64,000 nucleotides of DNA from Rotaria socialis (Eukaryota), in the NCBI GenBank assembly GCA_905331295.1, contig CAJNYD010000551.1, positions 62,001 to 126,000 on the forward strand, read 5' to 3'. This document shows positions 54,299-64,000 of the stretch, piece after piece. A program made the translations under genes and the position numbers. The notes beneath the pieces are model-generated. The model made no database searches, was not told the DNA's origin, and worked only from the letters and a program-made list of their open reading frames with translations. Within the stretch, counting starts at the first letter, position 1. The number at the start of each line of letters is the position of its first letter.

Positions 54299-56851
54299 CT
54301 AATCTTTAAGCATAATCGAATCCTCTTCTTCATTTTTTTTATCAGCCATTGTCGTAGCTTTCGGACCAGAGGTACGAATACCATCGTTGAATGATAAAAC
54401 GCAACCATCCTAAATATTTATTCATTGAGACAACTTAATCTTAAAGATGACAAACCTTCAACAATTCGAGAGTTATTCGTGCAATATTAATTGAATCATC
54501 TATACCAGAATGAGGACGACCATCAAAAGTTAAACCAAGTCTATGCAGCATCTTTTCTATACCTAAAAAGTCCAACATTATACAGATAGGAACAATTAAT
54601 CTTTCATAATTTTTTACCGCCTCGTCTTACGGAATAGAATCGAGAGAATTCTTTTCGAATATCGATCCATTCTTCAGCCCATTGTGGATAAACTATTGAA
54701 CTCAGACGACATTGCACTTGAAGGAATTTTGTAAAATCCCATGGACTAGCATACAGACAAGACAATATGAAGAAGAACAAAACGAACCTAAAGTTTCAAT
54801 TGATTTACCCATCAGTAGAAAATGCTAATTTGTGTCCGTTCGATGTTGATAGAAGATTTCGTTCATTTAACCATTTTTCAACATTATGAAGAACTTCAAC
54901 GAATGTCGGAGCATTGTCTACTTGATGCTAAAGAAAAAGTTTTCAAACAAGTAAAAAATAAAACGCTACATCTATCTAACTGTTTAATCGAACAACTAGG
55001 AATATTTTCGCATAATTTTATTTTGTAAACATTAAACGACCAATGAGCAGCGCGAGCAATTTCACTCTTTAAACTCGAAACAAAAATTCTACGAAGCTTT
55101 TGATTCTCACTTGTCGATAATACTGTCTTATCTCAATGTTAGCTATTATTTAAATAGTTTGTAATCGAATAGAGTAGCTACGTGTCTACACATCGCATGC
55201 TCTTTTGCTAATATCTTATTTAATTACATCTGTAATAATCAATTCAAAATTTCGGTCATCATACATCCTGAAAAAAAATCTGGTATAGCTAATTTCAACG
55301 GCATGACTAAAAAGATCGTGTTCCCATGGAAAATGTTTCTCTCAAATACTTATATTTTTTGTATTCTGAAATGATTGATCCGTGATGATTCTGTGCGAAG
55401 AACGATTCACAACTCATAGACGAGAAATTCTGACATTATTTTAATTAATACTTGTTTAATGCCTGTTAATTGTGTGCAAAATGTGGATAAAACTGGTTTC
55501 AATGTTGGTCGACAATATGATTGAAATTTATCGATCTAATAAAAAACAGGCAAATATAATTATTAAATAAACTTAAGTTTTTCAGTGTAGTTTACAATAA
55601 TTTGTTGTTTTACATCAATTAATACAATGGGAAATTCAATTATTTCATTTTTATAATTATCGTCGTGATTTTCTTCGCATGTTGCTTCAAAATCCAGAAC
55701 AGCAATATATTGAAACGGCTGTTCAATCATTGTTGATGGATTTTCGCATCCGAACGTTAATTCCAATTTATAATGATGTTTCAAACGACATCGTAGAATA
55801 TCAAGCTCGCCACTATTTATCATAAAATATAATTAACAAATTAAATTCAAATCCCACCAAGTCAACTCAACTGCTACATGCAAATTTGCCCGAGAGAAGT
55901 TCAGTATCTGACCTTGCATAACTCCTATTAGAATGAATAATAGGCAACATTTTTTTTGCACATTTAAACGGAAACTTCATTCTAAATAGAAATGAATTGA
56001 ACAATACTTGATTTCATTCTTTAACTAACAGTAGCACTCCTTCTCAAAGAAGCTAGTTCGTGAATTCCCGAAAGTCCTTTTTTTGCTGATTCTAGATCTG
56101 ACCTATTTATTGCTTTGAGAATATGCGTCTATATATGCACGTTATGTTAGAACTCGAAGCGATTCAATTCTATGAACATGGCAATCAAAGAGAAGAAAAT
56201 ATAACTCGAGGAATTAAATGGAAATTATATTGGTATGAAGTCATAGACGCGAGTAGATCACTAAGCTCATCGTAGAATGAATTTTTCTATCGAACAAAAA
56301 TGCATGAACACGTGTGAGATAATAGACTAAGCATTCATTATGAAATACTAAGCGGTGAAATAGAATTCAACGTTAAAAATAGAACTGCAATTACGATAAA
56401 AACACTTCTAGATGAAAAAAAGTCTAATACAATTATAAAATAATTTCCTAGAAAGCTTCTTTCAATTCAACGTAATACATGCGAGTTGAGCTGCCAGGCT
56501 CGAATTAAATTTCAATGTTTTTTTTCTTCTTCTTTACTACCTTGTGGATAATTTTCGTCGTTTTAGTTGTTCATCAAGCTCTTCCGGGGTCATTTGATGA
56601 ACTCGGTTACAGAATTTGTTCAAACTCTTCTGAGAGACTTGATTTTTAGCAGATGTTTTCGATGCGTGTGACTTAGAATTAAGAAGCCGTTGTTCTTCCG
56701 CAAAGCGTAAACTAGTTTTCGTAACCCTAATCCGATCAGGATCAGAAGTCTATTTTAAATGATAATCAAACAATTTATAAATCATGTCAACAGATATTCT
56801 TACATGATTTTTCAGTAAATTTGAATCTGTTTTTGTTAATGATGATGCCAT
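54299..56851 (-). CDS. ERI1: 3'-5' exoribonuclease ERI1-like (SAP + DEDDh), multi-exon
   Basis: SAP-like segment VHQMTPEELDEQLKRRKLST|SGELDILRCRLKHHYK, then YIAVLDFEATC, EIIEFP, FQSYCRPTLKPVLSTFCTQLTGIKQ, STDG|PWDF and FDGRPHSGIDDS. Stop TAG at 54299. Confidence 0.9.
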
Positions 56852-56852
56852 T

Positions 56853-57075
56853 TTGATTGGCTGCAGTCAAGGATTTCAATGCACACGGAAATTCGGTATT
56901 TATATCGAGGGAATTTCGTAATAATTATAGTCATGCTCACTAATCATGACGTACATATTTCATAACAGCATCAGCATGATTGGCTGCTGGTTTCGTCAGG
57001 TATCCAAGACTATCTAGATGCCGCTTGACTCGAACTCTGAAAACACTTAGTAAAGCCAATCTTTCAAAACCAATG
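56853..57075 (-). promoter_or_regulatory. Cluster of CCAAT boxes upstream of ERI1
   Basis: TGATTGGCTGC occurs twice (about 56854 and 56977), plus AGCCAAT (about 57054) and AACCAAT (about 57068), all within about 220 bp of the start codon. Confidence 0.45.
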
Positions 57076-60000
57076 GTAATAGAAAATTTTCAGTTTATAA
57101 TAGACTTCTTGTTGTCATTAATGAATTTCTAATTTAAAAATGACATGAAATATGTAAGTGTCGAGCTTATTTTCATAATGTAATATTATTCAGAAACTAA
57201 TGAAATTTCATCCTATCGTTTAATAATTAACTATAGTGATGCATTCCGTTAGTAGTTGATCTATATATTTATGTAAATGCGATGTGCAATCTAGATAGAT
57301 AAGAATGCGATTACTCATAGACTCAACAATGATCGTTATCTTTAAATACATTCTGGCTGAATCTTTTAAGAGATTCATAATCTGGAAGAATGAATTCTCG
57401 CTCTCGCCAATGCTGTAAACAAAAGCATACGGAAAAACTTACTATTCAAAATAGTACTCCGCCTTTAATATTCATTTAGAAATTCTTATCCACAAATTAT
57501 CACTTATACTACGGAAGCACTCCTTTCAAAGTGGATAAGAATGCGTACGGCATCTAATAAATAAATAAATCTTCAAATCCTTGAACATAATCGACTATTG
57601 ACAAGTGTTATGATAATAATTTATATACGAATATTTAGTTATCTATCACATTAGATTTGACACTTAACATAGATGTCATTCATATGAACTATTCTATCTT
57701 AAGTTACATCTAAGTAACCGCATAATAAATGTCACAAAGACATAAATATATGTGTGCGTTCATGAAAATAATTATCTTATGTGATAAGACATGTAATTTT
57801 ATCATAGAAACTATTTTTCAAAATCAACAATATGTAGGATACCGAATATCAAAATGTCAATCGATTGATTTTTATTATAAGAAAAACAAAACACAGAAGC
57901 CGAATAATTAATGATCGATGCAAAATATTCATTAGTCATGTACAATTGTTTATCCTGTTGATCATACATTCTAATAGGCTCAATCACAGATTTTGTTGTC
58001 TCATATTTAGTTTTGTAATCAATCTCGTATATTTTGTCGTATTCAAGGTTAATTGTATGTGTGTATTATAGAAAATGCTTGTGACTATTGTATTGACTGT
58101 TTATATGTTGTATTCTTGCGTTTCATCTAATCGTTGCATAGTTGCCAGTGAAGCAAAAAAGTCGTTATTTAGATCAGTTGATTTATGGTTTGGTCAATTA
58201 ATCCTATCATTAACCTTTTCTTTGCTCTGATGTTTTTAATGTCATTGATGAGAATGGTATTTATATATTGTGTTATTCTTTTTTTTGAGAAGAAAAATAA
58301 AATTGAATTAAGGTTTCATGGGAAAATTGTTGTTATCTCCCATGATAGATACAAAGTGCAGACAAAAGTCAAAGGTTTATTTAAGTTGACCTTAATATCG
58401 ATAGCTTATTTCTCTAAGGAAATCGAAGAATGCACCTGTTAATAGTTTCCGTTTGGTATATCAACGAAGGCGGAAGAACTAAATGATAGGTGTGTTAAAC
58501 ATATGAAAATACTTCATTTAATGTCCTCGAATAAATTGGAGCTGACAATGTTTAATCGAGCAATTCAGCGTTTTCAGACCAGTAAATTATTTTCTTTTCT
58601 CTTTTCATGATTATAATGTAGAAAATGTCATTGAGTTTAACCTCTTCTCGATTGGATGTTTGCAGACATTCTTTTTTTTTTTATTAACAAGAATTTAGCA
58701 TCTCTTCTGTTTACTTAAGTTGGTGGGTCTTCTTTAACACAGAGGATCAAACTGACGCCCCACCATAATAATAATAAAAAATAAAGAGAAAATGTTATTC
58801 CGCTTTAGTATAATGTATAAATCAAAGATGAAGATCGGCGAGAAAGGAGAATAGACGAAGAAGAAAATCATTGAACGATCTATAAAAGAAAAGAAAAAAG
58901 AAAAGTCTTTAATACCACTCAAAAGGTGACTCACACACCGTGTAATACATTTGAAGAAAGGAGAGAAGCAACAAACACTTTTTAGTTATAAAATAGAAAG
59001 AAAACATCGGTCGAGAGTGTTACATACAGTGCTGTGTTGTCGAAAATAGCTCATTAAAATGAGTTAATCGACTGTTATTAATCGTGACCGGTTTTATTTT
59101 CGGGCGGTTAAATTCTGTAGGTTGATACGAACATGGTCAAAAGTCGTCGTATGTATGCTACTACCACTATTACTATCCCCATTACTCTCTAACTTCTTTC
59201 TTTTATTAAACACATATGACAGATTAGATTATGTGAGATACAGAGCACGTAGAACAAATATAATCTCGATATTTCTATACAAGTTACTATGTAGTATATG
59301 TATATCTAGCAAATGTTGAGTACGATGAGGGAGTATAAACATGATTCCATCAAGATAAATATATGTAGATGTAGATATTTGTTGGGAGCGAAGACGGATA
59401 TAGTAAATTGATCATTACAATTATTTTATTCGGCGGATTGAGTTTTTTTCTCTTCTTTTATCGCTTTTGAGAATTGAATTTTATTTGGTCGGAATAGAAA
59501 TTCTTTTTTTTTTTGTTCTCATTCGGGTTGTTTTTGTTGCAGGTTGATGTGCATTATTAGAAAAAAAAGAATAAAAAAAGAAACACCTTATTTAAATCAA
59601 CGAGAATATCTTTTACGACTACATCACGTTTGTGTCGCATCGGACTAAGAATAAGTTGAAAACAAGGTACAGATGTTTCTTTTCTGTCAACTATTTCATC
59701 TGTTTGCTTAGCTATAAACAAGCATCATGTTCTTGTCTCTTATTTTCTTTAGTTATTTTCCTATTTTCGACAAGCCTACTCTATAGATTCTATCTGCCTT
59801 CAGCTCTTGCTTGGCCTATTTTTTCAATTAAGAAAATATGTTTTTCCATTTCTCTCTCTCTCTTTCTCTCTCCCTCCCTTCTTCCTTTTCTCCTAACATT
59901 GTCGTCTTCAGCGGTTCACGCCAAGGACATCCTCATCATCCTTCTATATGGAGCAAGAGAAAGCTACTTCCGGATCGTAAAAGAAACTTTTTTCCTTATT

Positions 60001-60522
60001 ACTTCAATTGTTCTTTCATTACTTCTCGAGATCCGATAGAATAGAAAGACTAGAAAGAGATAGATATGGTTTTGTAAAATGTTCATCGACCCATCGATCA
60101 TATATTTGTCAATGAAACATTCTGTTAATGTATAAAATTTTTATGAAACAAAAAAAGAGCTTCATTTACAATCCAATAAAGTAAGTCTTATAATTCAAGA
60201 CATGTTCGTTTTCTATTCATTTTTTTTTTGAGGAAATTACCTATAATTTATATTTTTGATACCATGAACCTATAGTAATCTTGATCCTACGCGTTTATTA
60301 ATGTTACTCTTATCGTTAATAAGCTATATATATATATAGCTGATAAAAGATAGTGTCCGAATTCTAAGGTATCTAGAGGAAACATTAGTCATCTTATTTC
60401 ATTTATCAATCTATGTATGCATACGTAACTTGAATATATTAGAATTATTATATAAATTAAGAGAGAACCTTGTACTTTTCTAGCAATAATGAATATTGAT
60501 TCATAGAATAATAGTTTAGCGC

Positions 60523-60553
<31 letters not shown>
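60523..60553. repeat. (CT)n microsatellite
   Basis: ctctct run seen directly. Confidence 0.85.
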
Positions 60554-60554
<1 letters not shown>

Positions 60555-60760
60555 AGTGGTTAATCAAAGTTGAGTCTTAGTTCAAGAACATTATCCAGCT
60601 GTCGCTGTTCGTAGAAGTGCGAGCAATCTGCATGTGCATACTGTGTTTATTCAAGCACCAGGAGAAGAGGTGATGCAAAAAAACTGAAAATGGTTATACT
60701 CTTTTTTGTGTTGTCTTCTAGATTTATTTTAGTTCTTTTCTTTTTCAAACAAAACTATCA

Positions 60761-62275
60761 ATGAAATTAAAAGAATACTTTAGTTCTCTTGTCTCAAGAC
60801 GAAAAAGTAATGCATCGTCAAAATATCATAAACCAAAGGCGCATCATCAATCAATATCATCAACCGATTGTCATTATGAAATATGTGGATACGAAGAAAC
60901 TAATAATGATCCCCTTGATAATCGTTATACTCGTACGGAAATGCTTCTCACACGTCATGCTCAATTAGTCAATACAATTATTGGCATACGTTCACAAGAG
61001 AATCTGTGTAGTACATCATGTTCTAATTGTCGATTATTTCATCCAATACAAGAACCAAATGTATATTTAAGTCGTCACTATTCAAGTACTCTAGCAACAC
61101 GTAAGCCAAGTCGAGAAAGCCAAAATCAAGCTATTATATCATCGAGTAATACTTCTATATCGACAAAAACAAGACAGCGTTCAAGAATTCGAACAAATCC
61201 ATGGATTCAAACTAGTCGAATATCAAAACCCGAAGATTCAATCTATGAGCCGCCATCATCATTATCGACACTTATACATTCGGAATCATTTCCACAAACA
61301 ATATCAAATGGAAATATTCATGCGATAAATCAGTCGAATGTAAAATTTCATCAAAGTGACAGTGGCCATGGATTTTCATTATCAAGTTCGAGAGCTATCG
61401 ATTCATCGTCATCACCTGATAATACAAGTATTGATGGGATTTTGTTTGATGAAAAACAAAATGTTTTATATACAAATCAAACCGAACAATATTTTCATTC
61501 GAAGACAACAACGTCTTCGGATAATAGAAGAAAAATAAAGAGATCTGCTCAAGCTCGTTTTCAACGTTCATCAAATACACGAATATCTACTAGTCCGAAA
61601 CGGTCAGTCGATCAGAACCATCATTCACATAGTTCATCGCCTCGATTGTCAAATGATCATTTTTCAATTGAATTCGAAGAAATCGTTGAAAATGCATATC
61701 CGCATAAACTACAATCTCCAACACGAAAAAGTCCATTTATATTACCATTGGACGAAACCAATGTTAAATTAGCATCTTCATTGTCAATATTACATCCGCC
61801 ACCGGTAACAAATTTAATAAAAACAAATTCACGTACGATATTAAGGCACATTGAAGAAATTGAAAATGAAATTCGAATGATTAAAAATTTAAATTTTGAT
61901 GACGATAAATCGATCGATTTGTCCATTGTCGATTCAAAAGAAGGTCAACGACAAACAATGTATGAAGAAGTTGATCAATGGGTTGAAAATTTTTTAACAA
62001 CTGCAGAGAATGATTCACTGAATTTTCTTCATACGGAATGTAATCATTTATCGAATACGATGAAGGATTACGTTGCATGTGTATGCTCGAATGATACTTA
62101 TTCAACATCATCCGTACCGAAATCTCAAAGTAAAACCGAAATAATGACAGCATTCTATATAAGTACAGTACCGGCAATCAAACAAGTATTTTCATGCAGT
62201 GATCAGTCATTGGATCGATCAAAATCTCAAACAATAAGAAATGATTTGAAATTTATGTATGAATGTCCGTTTTGA
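60761..62275 (+). CDS. Uncharacterised 504-aa Ser-rich, largely disordered protein (single coding exon)
   Basis: 1.5-kb uninterrupted ORF in AT-rich DNA. A splice acceptor (tcttctag, ending 60721) lies just upstream of the ATG. No domain recognised. Confidence 0.8.
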   Translation: MKLKEYFSSLVSRRKSNASSKYHKPKAHHQSISSTDCHYEICGYEETNNDPLDNRYTRTEMLLTRHAQLVNTIIGIRSQENLCSTSCSNCRLFHPIQEPNVYLSRHYSSTLATRKPSRESQNQAIISSSNTSISTKTRQRSRIRTNPWIQTSRISKPEDSIYEPPSSLSTLIHSESFPQTISNGNIHAINQSNVKFHQSDSGHGFSLSSSRAIDSSSSPDNTSIDGILFDEKQNVLYTNQTEQYFHSKTTTSSDNRRKIKRSAQARFQRSSNTRISTSPKRSVDQNHHSHSSSPRLSNDHFSIEFEEIVENAYPHKLQSPTRKSPFILPLDETNVKLASSLSILHPPPVTNLIKTNSRTILRHIEEIENEIRMIKNLNFDDDKSIDLSIVDSKEGQRQTMYEEVDQWVENFLTTAENDSLNFLHTECNHLSNTMKDYVACVCSNDTYSTSSVPKSQSKTEIMTAFYISTVPAIKQVFSCSDQSLDRSKSQTIRNDLKFMYECPF

Positions 62276-62366
62276 CAGTCTAACAAGAACAGTAGTTGTC
62301 TTTTTTTTTATTTGTATATGTGCGAAGTATGATTAGTCTATTATTCATAATTAATACAGCATGTCG

Positions 62367-62392
<26 letters not shown>
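62367..62392. repeat. (AC)n microsatellite in the probable 3' UTR
   Basis: acacac run seen directly. Confidence 0.85.
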
Positions 62393-62397
<5 letters not shown>

Positions 62398-64000
62398 AAC
62401 ATGTCGATCTATTCTTTTTCTTTATAATTAACAAAACTATCAAAAAAAAAACAAAGAATGAATATTTGATCAATTGGTAAATAGATTTTACTTTTGACTA
62501 GCAGATAAAATATTTCGGGATTTTCCGAGAATAAAAAACTCTCTATGAAAAATCCTAAAATTAATCATCGTTGCTTTTTTTTGGGTAATTTTATGGCATG
62601 TCACATCTTTTGAAAGCCGAACTCAACAATCGTAGTGACATTCTCTATGACAGTAAGCACCATTATTCATCAAAGGAAAGTAATAATAATGAGAGCTTCT
62701 TACTCTACTGAATACTCTATTCGCATTTTCCTAATCGTTATTCTACATGTGACAGGTGTTTTGACAAATCCATTATCATGTATTCGTGGCCACAGTTAGA
62801 AATCAATATTCATACAGGCGAATAATTTATAGCAGTAATTTTGTCGAAGCATGTTAGCTTAAGCCTATGACTCATAACGACATCGTCGACAACGTATTTG
62901 GGTAATTAATCGACACTTGCTCGCATGCTATCAGGAGTTATGTTGACATAATTGCGGCTTTTTGCTTCAGTAGAAGCCATTGTAATGAATACAGTAGCAA
63001 GAACAGATTGAATCCATCGGATCAAGGTTAACCAATCAGTGTAGCAAATTTATCTAAACAATCGAGTATTTCGTTATATGTCGTGTACTCTAACTGCGAT
63101 AGATTTATATTTATACCAGTCACACTCCGCTGGTGATCTATGATATAAATTAATTTGACGGTCATACTCGCTGAATGAGTTTCATTCGATTGCCTCTTTT
63201 TGTTCAGTAGATATGAAATCGAAAACGTTTTCTATGAAAACTGTATTGCTTATTTGCTGAAAATATAGATACATATTTTTAAAAGTATCTTATCATTAAT
63301 TTATTCAACAGCTGTATCCAGTGACGTCGTTTGGTTTTTTGTTCAATATGATTGATCGTTTCTAATGCCATTCTCTGTAAATATTCTCGACGTTTCTTTT
63401 TATTGGATTGTCACGATAGAATAGATGAAAACTTCTAAGCTTCTCTCATGGGCTTTTCTTGTTGTCATCGAGTTATTCCGCTAGCGTCGATTTCTCTTAT
63501 TTATTTTGTTAGAAAAGAAGCGATGGAATTATAAAGATCCATTCTGCCTTTTTATTAGAGTTTTTTTTTATTTAAGAATATAAATCATCAAGAACATATT
63601 GATGTTTAGTGTTTGCAACATCTAACAGTATTATTGTTGTAGGATGTAACTTATAATTATTAGAAACTAGGGTTCGATTCGACTGGCATGCGTATGGAGT
63701 CGAGCCTTGAATTGATTTACTGATTGTGAAAATTATTTTCTTCAAAAGTAAAGTGCGGTTGACAAAAAAAAACGACGATGATGAGTTTCTTATTATTGCT
63801 TCAAGGATTCAATCGAATATCACGAACGAAACTAATGAATTAGAACCGTATTATTAAAAATTCAATGAAATATTTCACTCAAAAGTGACGATATTTTTTT
63901 AAGCGATCAGTAAAACGCTTTAAAACTATTCTATTGAGCGATTCTATCAACAGTGGATTGCTGGTATATATGATATTTTCTATTTACAGCATAGAGGTCA

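Noticed and set aside
60322..60341. Palindrome agctatatatatatatagct
   Set aside because: Trivial consequence of a (TA)n microsatellite.
63660..63710. tRNA/SINE-like GGTTCGATTC B-box
   Set aside because: No cloverleaf stems or A-box at a suitable distance.

Overview
Eukaryotic, very AT-rich animal DNA with many short (about 50-70 nt) GT-AG introns. The style resembles a bdelloid rotifer genome, which is an inference and cannot be proven from this window. Intron-containing conserved metazoan genes: SLC41 Mg2+ transporter (-), myosin VI (+), SEC63 (+), an NHE-type Na+/H+ exchanger (+), a PLAC8 protein (-), an ankyrin-like protein (-), RECQL/RecQ1 (-), a PKNOX/PREP TALE homeobox (-) and ERI1 (-). 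There are also two orphan ORFs. The stand-out feature is a complete bacterial-type secreted PHB (polyhydroxybutyrate) depolymerase at 42653-44527. It has a signal peptide, a type II catalytic domain, two FN3 domains and a PHB substrate-binding domain, carries a spliceosomal intron, and sits among ordinary animal genes, so it is a likely domesticated horizontal acquisition. Several non-autonomous DNA transposons have readable TIRs and TSDs: a TA-TSD MITE, two hAT-type elements with perfect 8-bp TSDs, and a nested Helentron-like insert. Exon boundaries were read by eye, so some gene ends are approximate.
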